This document shows positions 1 through 10,763 of a DNA stretch of 64,000 bases, piece by piece. The notes below the pieces were generated by a model. That model was given only the letters and a program-made list of their open reading frames with translations. It did no database searches and was not told where the DNA came from. Origin of the DNA: Christensenellales bacterium (GTDB lineage Bacteria; Bacillota; Clostridia; Christensenellales; SZUA-584). The stretch covers positions 207,009-271,008 of the forward strand of contig JAXGMA010000001.1 in assembly GCA_040768905.1 (NCBI GenBank), given 5' to 3'. Within the stretch, counting starts at the first letter, position 1, and each line of letters starts with the position of its first letter. Both the position numbers and the translations under genes were made by a program.

Positions 1-1
1 A

Positions 2-532
2 GAGCTGGCAAAAAGCCGGTTTGGCCTGTGCGTTTCGGTCAATACACGTCCCGCGTTTGATTACCTTGTGTCTTTGCCTTTGGTACAGGAAGCGCTTAAA
101 GATGGAAGGCTTGCGCTTTGGGACAAAAAAACATACACGCCAGAAAACTGCATTGCCTGCGGGCAGGCGGCCGGCCATGGGCGCGTCATGCATGTCGGTA
201 TGCCGCTTGAGTACGATGCTTTGTGGAACGAAGAAATAAAAGACTGCTACCGCAGCTATGCCATACTTTGCTTTGTATCGCGGGACGAGCTGCTCGCGTA
301 TCATAAAAAGCTGCTGCAGCTGCTTGCGCGCAGACCCCGAACTGCCGACGAGCTCGCACGGAAACTGGGGCCCGATAAAGCAAAGGCGGTGTTTGCATTA
401 AGGGTGTTCGGCGATCTTGAGTTGCTAGCCACCGAAAAAAATGGTAGAATAACCGCATTAAAAACCGGACAGAAAAAGGAACTTCGGCAGAGCGCCTGTT
501 ACAGAGGTTTTGAGGATCTGATCAATGGATGA
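2..532 (+). CDS. 3' end of a gene starting upstream of the window; probable RecJ-type exonuclease C-terminal region
   Basis: The frame of the 68..532 ORF stays open back to base 2 (ELAKSRFGLCVSVNTRPAFDYL...), so the CDS is truncated by the window edge. Its stop overlaps the relA start by 8 nt. recJ-relA-dtd is the usual Firmicutes order. No catalytic motif is present in this fragment. Confidence 0.4.
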   Translation, partial: ELAKSRFGLCVSVNTRPAFDYLVSLPLVQEALKDGRLALWDKKTYTPENCIACGQAAGHGRVMHVGMPLEYDALWNEEIKDCYRSYAILCFVSRDELLAYHKKLLQLLARRPRTADELARKLGPDKAKAVFALRVFGDLELLATEKNGRITALKTGQKKELRQSACYRGFEDLING

Positions 533-2687
533 CATAGAGCGCAGCACCCGTACGCTGACCGAAAAAGTAGAACAAAGATACCTTCCTGATGATCAGGCAT
601 ATTTTAAGAAGGCTTTTTCGTTTGCGGAAAAAGCGCATGACGGGCAGAGGCGGCTTTCCGGGGAGCCTTTCTTCATGCATCCCTACGAGGTAGCCGGCAT
701 ACTTGTTGACTTAGGGCTTGACATGACGACCGTCGTTGCGGGGCTGTTTCATGATATCGTGGAAGACACGGGCGTGACCATTAAAGAGATAGAAGCCGAG
801 TTCGGCTCTGAGATCGCGCAGATCGTCGGCGGCGTGACCAAAGTCGGCAAATTCAGTTTTTCTTCCAAAGAAGAGCACCAGGCTGAGTATCTGCGCAAAA
901 TGTTTCTGGCGATGGCAAGCGATATCCGTGTGATACTCGTCAAGCTGGCAGACCGGCTGCACAATATGCGCACGCTTGCTTACCAAAGCGAGGACAAGCG
1001 CATCGCCAAAGCCAAGGAAACGCTGGAGATCTTTGCGCCGCTCGCGCACAGGCTCGGCATAAACGCCATCAAATGGGAACTTGAAGACTTAGCGCTCAAA
1101 TACCTTGATAAGAAAGCGTATTTTGAGATCGCCGAGAAGCTGACTGAAACGCGTGCGGAACGCCGTGAGTATATCGCTACGGTCATCGAAGAAATCAGAA
1201 AGCATCTCGAAAAGATCCGTGTCGAGGCGGATATTGAAGGACGGCCCAAGCACATTTACAGCATCTATAACAAAATACACAATAAGAAAAGAGCCTTTGA
1301 AGAGGTCTATGACCTGATCGCGATCCGTATTGTCGTCAATAATGTGCGTGACTGCTATGCGGTCTTAGGCACGGTGCATACGGTCTGGAAACCTATACCC
1401 GGCCGTTTTAAGGATTATATCGCGGTGCCCAAACAGAATATGTACCAATCGATCCACACCACGGTTCTAGGCAGGGACGGACGCCCCTTTGAAGTTCAGA
1501 TCCGTACGCGTGAAATGCATTCGACGGCAGAGTACGGTATCGCGGCGCACTGGCATTACAAAGAAGGCACATCCCAGGATGATATGGACAAAAAGCTGGC
1601 ATGGCTGCGCGAGCTGCTTGAATGGCAGACGGATACCAAAGACTCGCGCGAATTCATGGAAACACTCAAGATCGACTTTTTTTCCGACAAAGTCTATGTG
1701 TTCACCCCCAAAGGCGATGTCAAAGAGTTCACACTGGGGGCGACGCCTCTTGATTTTGCTTACGGCATACACAGCGAGATTGGTAACAGGTGTATCGGTG
1801 CGAAGGTCAACGGCAAGATCGTTCCGCTCACATATGAACTTAAGTCTGGCGATATCGTAGAAATCGTTACATCATCCTCATCCAAAGGCCCCTCGCGTGA
1901 CTGGCTTAAGATCGTCAAAACGTCTCAGGCCAAAAACCGGATCAGAAACTGGATCAGGAAAGAGTATAAAGAAGAGAACATCGTCAAAGGCCGCGATATG
2001 CTCGAAAAGGAAGCAAAACGCCGCGGGTTTGAATTGAAGACACTTTTTAAGCCAGAGTGGCTCAAGGAGATCTATAAGAAATTTACGCTGCAGACGCCTG
2101 AGGATATGTATGCGGCCGTGGGGTACGGAGGCATCGCCACAGGGCAGATATTGCATAAGCTGATAGAGGCGTACCGTAAGGAACACAAACCGGTAGAAGA
2201 AATACAAACAGGCCAGATAAAAGAGCGCAAGACGGGCGAGGCCAGCGGCATCATCGCGATGGGTTATGATGATATGGTCGTACGGTTTGCCAAATGCTGC
2301 AACCCTGTGCCGGGCGATAAGATTGTCGGTTATGTGACACGCGGGCGCGGGGTGTCGGTACACCGCAGCGACTGTTCAAATGTCACGACAGCGGATTTCG
2401 AATCCGGCCGCATGATCGAAGTCAAGTGGTCAAAAGAGGACAGCTCAAGCTATAATGTAGAGGTGCAGGTGACCGCGGACGACCGTTCCGGCCTGATTGC
2501 CGAGGTTTCCGCAAAACTGTTTGGCATGGGCGTTTCCATCACATCGGTCAATGCGCGTATGGGCAAGAACAAAACAGCGTTCATGGTGTTTGGCTTTGAG
2601 ATCATGCAGACGGCACAGCTTGATGCCATATTGCGTGCTTTAAAATCCATAGACGGCGTGCGCGAAGCGTTCCGCATACACAAATAG
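525..2687 (+). CDS. relA: bifunctional (p)ppGpp synthetase/hydrolase RelA/SpoT (Rel)
   Basis: 720 aa. HD hydrolase motif (FHDIVEDT, RLHNMRT), synthetase core (RFKDYIAVPKQNMYQSIHTTV), then TGS-like and C-terminal ACT-like regions. Confidence 0.95.
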   Translation: MDDIERSTRTLTEKVEQRYLPDDQAYFKKAFSFAEKAHDGQRRLSGEPFFMHPYEVAGILVDLGLDMTTVVAGLFHDIVEDTGVTIKEIEAEFGSEIAQIVGGVTKVGKFSFSSKEEHQAEYLRKMFLAMASDIRVILVKLADRLHNMRTLAYQSEDKRIAKAKETLEIFAPLAHRLGINAIKWELEDLALKYLDKKAYFEIAEKLTETRAERREYIATVIEEIRKHLEKIRVEADIEGRPKHIYSIYNKIHNKKRAFEEVYDLIAIRIVVNNVRDCYAVLGTVHTVWKPIPGRFKDYIAVPKQNMYQSIHTTVLGRDGRPFEVQIRTREMHSTAEYGIAAHWHYKEGTSQDDMDKKLAWLRELLEWQTDTKDSREFMETLKIDFFSDKVYVFTPKGDVKEFTLGATPLDFAYGIHSEIGNRCIGAKVNGKIVPLTYELKSGDIVEIVTSSSSKGPSRDWLKIVKTSQAKNRIRNWIRKEYKEENIVKGRDMLEKEAKRRGFELKTLFKPEWLKEIYKKFTLQTPEDMYAAVGYGGIATGQILHKLIEAYRKEHKPVEEIQTGQIKERKTGEASGIIAMGYDDMVVRFAKCCNPVPGDKIVGYVTRGRGVSVHRSDCSNVTTADFESGRMIEVKWSKEDSSSYNVEVQVTADDRSGLIAEVSAKLFGMGVSITSVNARMGKNKTAFMVFGFEIMQTAQLDAILRALKSIDGVREAFRIHK

Positions 2688-2690
2688 CTT

Positions 2691-3137
2691 ATGATCGCAG
2701 TGGTAGAGCGCGTTTTGAGCGCCAGCGTAAAGATTGGAGAAGAGATCACAGGGCAGATCGGGAGCGGCCTGCTTGTCCTTCTGGGCGTAGAGCAGGGAGA
2801 CACGCCGGACGATCTTAATTATATCGTGCGTAAAACCGCGGGGCTGCGCGTATTTCCGAGCGAGGGGAAAATGTCCCTCAGTATACAGGACACCAAAGGC
2901 GCGCTGCTCGTGGTCTCTCAGTTTACATTGCTCGGAGACGTCAGACGCGGCTTTCGTCCTGACTTTTCGCACGCTGCACAGCCGGAGACCGCCAAGAAGA
3001 TGTACGAGGATTGTATTGCGGCCTTTCGCGCGCTCGGCATAGAAACGCATACAGGGCGGTTCGGCGCATATATGCGCGTCGAGAGAGAAGGCGACGGGCC
3101 GGTGACCATTCTGCTTGATTCACGGCGAAGACTTTAA
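2691..3137 (+). CDS. dtd: D-aminoacyl-tRNA deacylase
   Basis: 148 aa. N-terminus MIAVVERV and the SQFTLLGD motif are typical of Dtd. It sits immediately after relA, as in many Firmicutes. Confidence 0.9.
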   Translation: MIAVVERVLSASVKIGEEITGQIGSGLLVLLGVEQGDTPDDLNYIVRKTAGLRVFPSEGKMSLSIQDTKGALLVVSQFTLLGDVRRGFRPDFSHAAQPETAKKMYEDCIAAFRALGIETHTGRFGAYMRVEREGDGPVTILLDSRRRL

Positions 3138-3154
3138 CGGAGGAACATAAAATA

Positions 3155-3781
3155 ATGAGGGTGGTACAGATCGCGACGGGGCCGTTGCAGGCCAACGCGT
3201 TTGTTGTATATAAGGACGGCGCAGAGCAGGCCTTCGTGATAGACCCGGGCGCGGACTTTGAACGCATCATAGAGCGGCTTGAAACACATGGTATTAAGAC
3301 CGTGACGCACATTTTATTGACGCACGGCCATTTTGATCATATCGGTGCGGTGGCGCAGCTGAAAGACTATACGGGCGCAAAGGTCTGCATACACTGCCGG
3401 GACGCCTCTATGCTGGAAAGCCAACAGGCCAACCTCTCGTTTTTTTCCGGCGCATCGGTTCGTTTGACCAAAGCGGACGTCCTGTTAAAAGGCGGCGAGA
3501 CGATAAACGCCGCGGGTATTGATGTACAGGTGCTGCATACGCCCGGCCACTCGGGGGGCAGCGTTTGCTATATCGCGGGCGATGCGCTTTTTTCCGGCGA
3601 TACGCTTTTTTATATGTATTGCGGACGCACCGACTTTCCGGGCAGCAATGCAAGAGAGTACCGGCACTCGCTTCTGCATGTGGTGCGCGGGCTTGACAGA
3701 GATTATACCGTGTACACAGGACACGGCATCAAAACCACGCTTTACGCTGAATTCTCAGCCAATCCCTTTTTTAAGCAATGA
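3155..3781 (+). CDS. MBL-fold metallo-hydrolase (glyoxalase II-like)
   Basis: 208 aa. Contains the HxHxDH metal motif (THGHFDHIG) and a later HTPGHS motif. Confidence 0.8.
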   Translation: MRVVQIATGPLQANAFVVYKDGAEQAFVIDPGADFERIIERLETHGIKTVTHILLTHGHFDHIGAVAQLKDYTGAKVCIHCRDASMLESQQANLSFFSGASVRLTKADVLLKGGETINAAGIDVQVLHTPGHSGGSVCYIAGDALFSGDTLFYMYCGRTDFPGSNAREYRHSLLHVVRGLDRDYTVYTGHGIKTTLYAEFSANPFFKQ

Positions 3782-5244
3782 TAGCGCTGCACACCAACAT
3801 GCCGTCTTTTTTCGGCGATATTTGTGAGGTGGTCCGCCTCTTCATTGACACGCGGCGCATCAAGCAGCTTGATGAGCCTGTCTTGCCTTCGGAAGGGCTA
3901 ACCGTGCTGCACACGCTGACAGAAACGAACGGGGCATTGATAAGCCTCTCACTTGTCTGTCATCATGGAACATATGTGTCACGAAACAGCTACACATGTG
4001 ATGTGCCTGAGGGTGCGCTTGCTTATAAACGCGCAGCCAAACGTGCCGTGAAGATCAGCACTTACCGTGCGCTGCTGGCGCACTTTGGAGAAAGGCTGCC
4101 ATGGGGATCGCTGACGGGCGTGCGGCCGACAAAACTGCTGCGTGACAGCGAGGCTGAGATTGGTGCTGCAGGCGCAAAGGCGCTGTTTCTTGATGAATTC
4201 GGCGTCTCGCCGCAAAAGTATGCTTTTGCAAAGGGCATCGTAGAGGCACAAAAGCCTTTTTTGCCCGCCGGAGATGCGGTCGACGTTTATATCGGCATAC
4301 CGTTCTGTGTCACGCGCTGTGCATACTGTTCATTCGCTTCTTTTTCGCCTGATGTCTTTGCCGATGCGCAGCCAAAATATGTACATGCGCTGCTCAAAGA
4401 GATGGAAACCGCTGAGAGCATCATCGGCGCGCGCCGCGTGCGTGCGCTGTATATCGGCGGCGGCACCCCCACAGCTCTGCCGCCGGCGCTTTTAGAACGC
4501 GTGCTGCAAAGAGCGGCAGCGATCGCAAAGGGAGCTAAGGAGTTTTCGGTAGAGGCAGGGCGTCCCGATACCATAGATGAGGAAAAATTATCGATCATCA
4601 GGGCCTTGGGCGCAGGGCGTATCAGTGTGAATGCGCAAACGCTCTTAAATGAGACGCTTGAGCGCATCGGAAGGAGGCACAGCGCGTCGCAGTTCTTCGA
4701 TGCGTATGCGCTGGCGGAAAAGGCCGGATTTGAGGCCATCAATGTGGATGTGATCGCGGGGCTTCCTGGCGAAACACAGGCGCAGTTTTGCAGCACACTT
4801 AAGCAAACGATCGCACTGAAGCCGCAAAACATCACCGTGCATACGCTTGCAGTCAAACGCGCGTCGGCTTTTGCGGCCAAGAATATGGATGCGTTTCCCA
4901 CTGATGGGGAGACTGCGAAGGCTGTTGATAAAGCACGGGCAATGCTTGAGAATGCCGGATACCGCGCATACTATATGTACCGCCAAAAGTACATGAAGGG
5001 CAGCCTTGAGAATGCAGGGTATATGATTGACAGCAAAGCGTGCCTCTACAACATCGACAATATGGAGGAACAGTGCGACGTTCTTGCTTTCGGTGCCGGT
5101 GCTATTTCCAAGCGGATCTTCTCTGGCGGTGCGCGAATCGAGCGGGCGGCCAATGTCAAGGATCTGCGTTTGTATATCGAGAGGCACATTGAGATGGCAG
5201 ACATGAAACGTACGCTCTTTGAGCTGCCTTTGATCATGACTTAG
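3778..5244 (+). CDS. hemZ: HemN-family radical SAM protein (HemZ-like coproporphyrinogen dehydrogenase family)
   Basis: 488 aa. Radical-SAM CxxxCxxC (CVTRCAYC) and a GGGTPT motif. ATGA overlap with the upstream gene. Confidence 0.75.
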   Translation: MIALHTNMPSFFGDICEVVRLFIDTRRIKQLDEPVLPSEGLTVLHTLTETNGALISLSLVCHHGTYVSRNSYTCDVPEGALAYKRAAKRAVKISTYRALLAHFGERLPWGSLTGVRPTKLLRDSEAEIGAAGAKALFLDEFGVSPQKYAFAKGIVEAQKPFLPAGDAVDVYIGIPFCVTRCAYCSFASFSPDVFADAQPKYVHALLKEMETAESIIGARRVRALYIGGGTPTALPPALLERVLQRAAAIAKGAKEFSVEAGRPDTIDEEKLSIIRALGAGRISVNAQTLLNETLERIGRRHSASQFFDAYALAEKAGFEAINVDVIAGLPGETQAQFCSTLKQTIALKPQNITVHTLAVKRASAFAAKNMDAFPTDGETAKAVDKARAMLENAGYRAYYMYRQKYMKGSLENAGYMIDSKACLYNIDNMEEQCDVLAFGAGAISKRIFSGGARIERAANVKDLRLYIERHIEMADMKRTLFELPLIMT

Positions 5245-5262
5245 GCGCACCCAAAAAAGAAG

Positions 5263-5291
5263 TTGACAGATGGGCGCGGGTAAAATATAAT
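5263..5291 (+). promoter_or_regulatory. consensus sigma-A type promoter upstream of yceD-rpmF
   Basis: TTGACA (5263-5268), 17-nt spacer, TATAAT (5286-5291). Confidence 0.6.
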
Positions 5292-5332
5292 TTTAGCCGT
5301 TGACGAAGCGCCCGATTTAGGCAGGTAGAACC

Positions 5333-5833
5333 ATGAAGATAGACATTGCGCAAGCTGTGAAAAGCGAAGGAGAAGCTTTCTCCAAACAGTACAGAGGCGA
5401 GTTTGCAGCCATAGAGTTTTTAGGCGAAACCTATGAGTTTCCCGGCGGCACAAGCGTAGAATGCGAGTGGCGCTATGACGGCGAGGGCGTGATCGTGACA
5501 GGGCGCTTTGATGCGGACTTAAAAGCCCGGTGCGCCCGGTGCGCGGAAGAATCTGTGTATACACTCGGCTTTGATTTTGCCGAATACTATAAAAAGCAGC
5601 CGGAAGAGGGCATGTACGCTTATAACGGCGAAACCATAGACTTATCGCAGATGCTCGAAGACAATGTGGTGATCAATCTGCCGCCGCGGATGCTCTGCGA
5701 TGAAGGTTGCGAAGGGCTCTGCAGCCGCTGCGGAAAGAGTCTCAACGAAGGCGCATGCAGCTGCACACCTTTGGAAGAAAAAAACAGCCCGTTTTCGAAG
5801 CTGGCAGAATTGTATGATGACGAGGAGGTGTAG
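5333..5833 (+). CDS. yceD: YceD/DUF177 family protein
   Basis: 166 aa. C-terminal Cys pairs (CxxGCxGLCxxCG) and acidic tail. Conserved position directly upstream of rpmF. Confidence 0.8.
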   Translation: MKIDIAQAVKSEGEAFSKQYRGEFAAIEFLGETYEFPGGTSVECEWRYDGEGVIVTGRFDADLKARCARCAEESVYTLGFDFAEYYKKQPEEGMYAYNGETIDLSQMLEDNVVINLPPRMLCDEGCEGLCSRCGKSLNEGACSCTPLEEKNSPFSKLAELYDDEEV

Positions 5834-5837
5834 ATAA

Positions 5838-6035
5838 ATGGCGGTACCAAAGAGAAAAACATCCAAACAGCGCAGGAATACAAGGCGTTCAGCAACTTAT
5901 AAGCTCTCAATGCCCGGCATCGCGGAATGCCCGCAGTGCCATGCCAAAAAGCTGACGCACAGGATTTGCGCGGCATGTGGTTATTATAACGGCAGACAGG
6001 TCATAGAAACAGAGAAACCCAATAAAGAAAAATAA
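5838..6035 (+). CDS. rpmF: 50S ribosomal protein L32 (Zn-ribbon form)
   Basis: 65 aa. MAVPKRKTSKQRRNTRR N-terminus plus CPQC...CAAC. Confidence 0.95.
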   Translation: MAVPKRKTSKQRRNTRRSATYKLSMPGIAECPQCHAKKLTHRICAACGYYNGRQVIETEKPNKEK

Positions 6036-6165
6036 GCTAAGGCCTTTTCGGCGACACCAAATCAGGCGGGTGCAATTAAGCTGCCCCCCTTTTTTGTTAT
6101 ATGGACTATACAATGCGATGTAATAAGGTGCGGTTTTGTTTAGAACTTAAGGCATAGAAAAATTG

Positions 6166-6194
6166 TTGCAAAGGCGTTTTATTTTATATATACT
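6166..6194 (+). promoter_or_regulatory. candidate promoter of plsX-acpP-rnc
   Basis: TTGCAA (6166-6171), 17-nt spacer, TATACT (6189-6194). Confidence 0.5.
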
Positions 6195-6227
6195 ACCCAT
6201 ATAAAAAAGAAACAGCGAGGTATCGGT

Positions 6228-7232
6228 TTGAAAGTCATTGTCGATGCGATGGGGGGAGACAACGCGCCGCAGGCCATCATTGAAGGCTGCGCCATGGCGT
6301 TAAAGCAAATGCCGTCTCTTCACTTAACACTCACCGGCCCAAAAGATATGCTTTCGGCCGAACTTGCAAAATATCAATTTGACAGCTCGCGTATAAATAT
6401 TGTAGATGCAACAGAAGTTATAGATATGGCTGAGCCGCCTGTCGAAGCGATCCGCCACAAGCGTGATTCCTCGTTGGTCAAAGGGCTGCGCTTGCTTTCC
6501 GAAGGAGAAGGCAGCGTGTTTATCACCGCTGGCAGCACAGGCGCCATGATCGCAGGTGCAACGCTGATCGTCAGAAGGCTGCCGGGCGTCAGACGCCCCG
6601 CACTTGCGCCGACTTTGCCGTCAAAAACCGGAAGAGTGCTGCTGATCGACGCCGGTGCGAATACCGAATGCCGCCCGTCTTACCTTGCGCAGTTTGCGCT
6701 CATGGGCAGCATTTATATGAAAAAGGTCGAAGGTATCGCATCGCCAAGGGTCGGGCTGGTCAGCAACGGTTCGGAGGAAGAAAAGGGAAATGAGCTCACC
6801 AAAGAAGCGTTTAAGATGATCCGCCAGATGCCGGTCAATTTTGTCGGCAATGCGGAGGGGCGCGATCTTATTTCGGGCGACTATGATGTCATCGTGTGCG
6901 ACGGGTTCACTGGCAATGTCGTGCTCAAGTTCTTAGAAGGCGTTGCTGGCGTTTTGTTCAGCATGATTAAGAAAGAGCTGAAGAGCTCGCTGCGCTCAAA
7001 AATAGGCGCTGCTCTCGCTATGCCCGCTTTCCGCAGCTTTAAGAAAAGCATGGATTATACGGAATACGGCGGCGCATTGCTTTTGGGCATCAACGGGGGC
7101 GTAGTCAAAGCGCACGGATCATCCAATGCCAAAGCGATTTTAAGCACCTTGCGGCAGGCTGCCAGTTTTATTGAAAGCGATGTCGTGGGTGTCATAAGGG
7201 AAGAAATCTCAAAGGTTGTACTCAGTGACTAA
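6228..7232 (+). CDS. plsX: phosphate acyltransferase PlsX
   Basis: 334 aa. (M)KVIVDAMGGDNAP N-terminus. TTG start with GAGG 8 nt upstream. Confidence 0.95.
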   Translation: MKVIVDAMGGDNAPQAIIEGCAMALKQMPSLHLTLTGPKDMLSAELAKYQFDSSRINIVDATEVIDMAEPPVEAIRHKRDSSLVKGLRLLSEGEGSVFITAGSTGAMIAGATLIVRRLPGVRRPALAPTLPSKTGRVLLIDAGANTECRPSYLAQFALMGSIYMKKVEGIASPRVGLVSNGSEEEKGNELTKEAFKMIRQMPVNFVGNAEGRDLISGDYDVIVCDGFTGNVVLKFLEGVAGVLFSMIKKELKSSLRSKIGAALAMPAFRSFKKSMDYTEYGGALLLGINGGVVKAHGSSNAKAILSTLRQAASFIESDVVGVIREEISKVVLSD

Positions 7233-7255
7233 TATTTTGATGCAGGAGGCTCACA

Positions 7256-7492
7256 ATGGTATTTGAAAAAGTAAGAAAGATCTTGTCCGATCAACTGGAG
7301 ATCGACGAAGAGAATATCACGATGGAATCCGATCTGGTCGAAGACTTGAAGGCGGATTCGCTTGCGATCGTCGAGCTCATCATGGATCTTGAGCAGGAAT
7401 TTGATCTTGATATTCCTGATGAAGAGCTGCCAAAAGTTGTCACGGTTAAGGACGTTGTGACCTATATAGAAAAAAACGTTGGCGGTTTCTAG
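7256..7492 (+). CDS. acpP: acyl carrier protein
   Basis: 78 aa, acidic. Phosphopantetheine attachment motif [11 protein letters not shown]. Confidence 0.9.
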   Translation: MVFEKVRKILSDQLEIDEENITMESDLVEDLKADSLAIVELIMDLEQEFDLDIPDEELPKVVTVKDVVTYIEKNVGGF

Positions 7493-7564
7493 GCTGACGC
7501 AAAGACTGCCCGGGCCCAAAGCGGCCTGTGCATGGCTTTGTGAGATGGCTGGTGGTGACGGCGC

Positions 7565-8242
7565 ATGGCTGGAATCGACTGCGGTGAATTGGAAAACAGC
7601 ATAGGTTATTCGTTTCATGATAAAAAGCTTATAAAAAAAGCTTTTATTCATGCATCCGCAGATTTACAGGAAAGTTACGAACGTCTGGAGTTTTTGGGCG
7701 ATGCGGTTTTAGAGCTCGTGATCAGCGAGCACTTGTTTTTTGAAAAGCCGGATTATACCGAAGGACAGCTTACTAAAAACCGCGCAGCACTTGTCAATGA
7801 AGCCGTACTTGTCGATGTGGCGCGCGGGCTTTCTTTGAGTGAGTGCCTGATACTCGGGCGCGGGGAGCGCAACTCGGGCGGCGCGGAGAAGCCTTCAATA
7901 CTTGCTGATGCTGTAGAGGCGCTCATCGGCGCTGTCTATATAGACGGCGGGTATGCGGCAGCAAAAAGCGTGGTGCACAAGCTGATGGGCGAAAGCATCG
8001 AAATGGTGCTTTCGGGCGGCGGTTTCCGCGATTTTAAAACACGGCTTCAGGAATATTATCACAAGCAGGGTATCAGCGACATACGCTATGAGATATACAG
8101 ACAGGAAGGGCCGCCGCATGACAGGGTTTTTTATGTCAAACTGCTCATCGGTGACGAGGAAATCGCGCAGGGCAAGGGACGGTCGAAAAAGGCCGCCGAG
8201 CAAAGGGCAGCCAGACAGGCCTATATGCGCGCAGTAAAATAG
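7565..8242 (+). CDS. rnc: ribonuclease III
   Basis: 225 aa. RNase III signature [12 protein letters not shown] and a C-terminal dsRBD ([14 protein letters not shown]). Confidence 0.95.
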   Translation: MAGIDCGELENSIGYSFHDKKLIKKAFIHASADLQESYERLEFLGDAVLELVISEHLFFEKPDYTEGQLTKNRAALVNEAVLVDVARGLSLSECLILGRGERNSGGAEKPSILADAVEALIGAVYIDGGYAAAKSVVHKLMGESIEMVLSGGGFRDFKTRLQEYYHKQGISDIRYEIYRQEGPPHDRVFYVKLLIGDEEIAQGKGRSKKAAEQRAARQAYMRAVK

Positions 8243-8255
8243 GGGGAGAAACATT

Positions 8256-9497
8256 ATGCTGGATTGTCTTAAAGTAAAGACGGCCGACCAAGCGGTATAC
8301 CGCGCGATGATGGACGAGCTTGACCGTCAGGAAAACAACATTGAGCTGATTGCATCAGAGAACTTTGTATCAGAGGCCGTGATGGATGCCATGGGATCGC
8401 ATCTGACAAATAAATACGCGGAAGGGTATCCCGGCAAGCGCTATTACGGCGGCTGCGAATTCGTAGACGTTGTCGAGACGCTCGCGATCGAACGTGCCAA
8501 AAAACTGTTCGGGGCAGAGTTTGCCAACGTGCAGCCGCACTCTGGCGCCCAAGCCAATACCGCGGTTTATTTTGCCATGCTTGAGCCTGGAGATGTCATT
8601 CTCGGTATGAACCTTGCACACGGAGGGCATCTCTCTCACGGAAGCCCGGTCAACATATCGGGAAAGTACTTTACCATCGTACCATACGGAGTAAGCCGTG
8701 AAACACAGACAATCGATTATGATGCGCTGCGTGCGCTCGCGCTGCAGCACAGGCCGAAGATGATCGTCGCGGGGGCAAGCGCTTATCCGCGTCAAATAGA
8801 TTTTGCCAGGTTCCGAAAGATCGCTGATGAATCGGGCGCGCTGCTTATGGTGGACATGGCGCATATCGCCGGCCTCATCGCGGCGGGCGTACACGAAAGC
8901 CCGGTGCCGTACGCCGATTTTGTGACAACGACGACGCACAAAACACTGCGCGGCCCGCGCGGCGGCATGATACTCTGCAAGGAAAAATACGGTGCGGCGA
9001 TCAATAAGGCCATTTTCCCCGGCACGCAGGGCGGCCCTTTGATGCACGTGATCGCGGCTAAGGCGGTGTGCTTTGAGGAGGCTTTTTCGGAAGGCTTCAA
9101 TGCGTATCAGCACCAGATCGTTGCCAATGCAGCGGCACTTGCCAAGAGCCTTATGGATCGCGGCATAAAGCTGGTTTCCGGAGGCACGGACAACCACCTG
9201 ATGCTTGTTGACCTGACAGACAAGGACATCACGGGCAAGGAGCTTGAGACGCTGCTCGGGGAGGCAGGCATCACCGTCAACAAAAACGCCATACCTTTTG
9301 ATACGCGCAGCCCGTTCATTACGAGCGGCATACGCATCGGTACGCCGGCGGTGACGACACGCGGCATGGATCAAGCCGATATGATACAGATAGGCGCATG
9401 GATCGCGGACGTGATCGATCGCAGAGAAGCTGCTGCCGCCGATGTATTGGCCAAGGTGCGTGCGCTCTGCGCAAAACGCCCGTTGTACAAAAAATAG
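8256..9497 (+). CDS. glyA: serine hydroxymethyltransferase
   Basis: 413 aa. IELIASENF and the [17 protein letters not shown]-lysine region. Confidence 0.97.
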   Translation: MLDCLKVKTADQAVYRAMMDELDRQENNIELIASENFVSEAVMDAMGSHLTNKYAEGYPGKRYYGGCEFVDVVETLAIERAKKLFGAEFANVQPHSGAQANTAVYFAMLEPGDVILGMNLAHGGHLSHGSPVNISGKYFTIVPYGVSRETQTIDYDALRALALQHRPKMIVAGASAYPRQIDFARFRKIADESGALLMVDMAHIAGLIAAGVHESPVPYADFVTTTTHKTLRGPRGGMILCKEKYGAAINKAIFPGTQGGPLMHVIAAKAVCFEEAFSEGFNAYQHQIVANAAALAKSLMDRGIKLVSGGTDNHLMLVDLTDKDITGKELETLLGEAGITVNKNAIPFDTRSPFITSGIRIGTPAVTTRGMDQADMIQIGAWIADVIDRREAAAADVLAKVRALCAKRPLYKK

Positions 9498-9513
9498 CGC
9501 ATTTGATCATCTT

Positions 9514-10746
9514 ATGAATATACTTGTTATCAATGCGGGCAGCTCGTCAATCAAATACCAATTGTTCGAAATGGACTGCGAGAAACCCCTTTGCAGAGGT
9601 ATTGTTGAGTGCATCGGCTTTGAAAACGCCATAGTGACGCACCGTTGCAGCAAGGCAGAACCTGTCAAACTTGTCGAACCTATCGCGGACCACGAACAGG
9701 CTGTGAGCCTGATCATCCGCATGCTGACGCATCAAAAATATGGCGCTGTCAAAAATATCAGCACCATAGCTGCAGTGGGGCACAGGCTCGCGCATGGCGC
9801 TGAAAAACTGTTTGAGCCGGTCATCATTGATGCTTGCACGCTCAAGATGATCAAAAGCAACATCGGGCTTGCACCTATCCATATGCCGCACATGGTTAAG
9901 GGGATCGAGATTTTCAGAAAACTCATGCCCGGCACGCCTATGGCTGCAGTTTTCGACACGGCGTTTCATCAGACGATGCCCAAAAAAGCGTACATATACC
10001 CCATTCCTTACAGGTACTACAAACAATATGATATCCGGCGTTTTGGTTTCCATGGAACGTCGCATCAGTATGTGTCTTCAAGGGCGGCGCGAATGCTGGA
10101 AAAACCCGTTTCAGCCTTAAAAACGATCACCTGCCATCTTGGGAACGGATCAAGCCTTGCCGCTGTGAAACATGGCATTTCCGTCGATACCTCAATGGGA
10201 TTTACGCCTGTCGCAGGGCTTCCCATGGGAACACGCTGCGGTGATATCGATGTGTCCATCTTTAATTTTTTGATGGAGAAAGAAGGATTGTCCGCGGATG
10301 AAGTCAATGACATGCTCAACACGCAATCAGGGCTTATAGGCATATCGGGGGTCTCCAGCGACTTAAGGGAGCTGCTGCAAAAAGCTGATGAGGGCCATGT
10401 GCGTGCGGCGCTTGCTATTGATGTGCTTTGTTACAGTGTCAAAAAGCTGATCGGGGCATATGCTGCCGCCATGGGCGGTGTGGATTGCATCGTATTTACG
10501 GGCGGCATCGGGGAAAATGCTGCTGTGATACGCCAAAAGTGCTGCGAGGATTTGGAGTTCTTAGGAATACAGATCAGCGCCCAGAAAAACAGCGATACTC
10601 AGCACATCCGCATCAGTGACGCTGTCATCTCATCGGACAGTTCGCGCGTCAAAGTCCTTGTTATCCACACGAATGAAGAACTGATGATCGCGAGAGAAAC
10701 ACTCCAGCTGTTAAGCGCGGTAAACGCAAGCGGCCAGGAGCGTTGA
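9514..10746 (+). CDS. ackA: acetate kinase
   Basis: MNILVINAGSSSIKYQLF N-terminus. The ATG at 9514 is preferred over the 9442 extension, which overlaps the glyA end. Confidence 0.95.
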   Translation: MNILVINAGSSSIKYQLFEMDCEKPLCRGIVECIGFENAIVTHRCSKAEPVKLVEPIADHEQAVSLIIRMLTHQKYGAVKNISTIAAVGHRLAHGAEKLFEPVIIDACTLKMIKSNIGLAPIHMPHMVKGIEIFRKLMPGTPMAAVFDTAFHQTMPKKAYIYPIPYRYYKQYDIRRFGFHGTSHQYVSSRAARMLEKPVSALKTITCHLGNGSSLAAVKHGISVDTSMGFTPVAGLPMGTRCGDIDVSIFNFLMEKEGLSADEVNDMLNTQSGLIGISGVSSDLRELLQKADEGHVRAALAIDVLCYSVKKLIGAYAAAMGGVDCIVFTGGIGENAAVIRQKCCEDLEFLGIQISAQKNSDTQHIRISDAVISSDSSRVKVLVIHTNEELMIARETLQLLSAVNASGQER

Positions 10747-10763
10747 TATTTGGAGGCAGCAAA

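Noticed and set aside
8370-9374. 334-aa ORF antisense to glyA
   Set aside because: It lies entirely inside the highly conserved glyA CDS. It is Arg/His-rich with no recognisable motifs, a typical shadow ORF of high-GC coding DNA.
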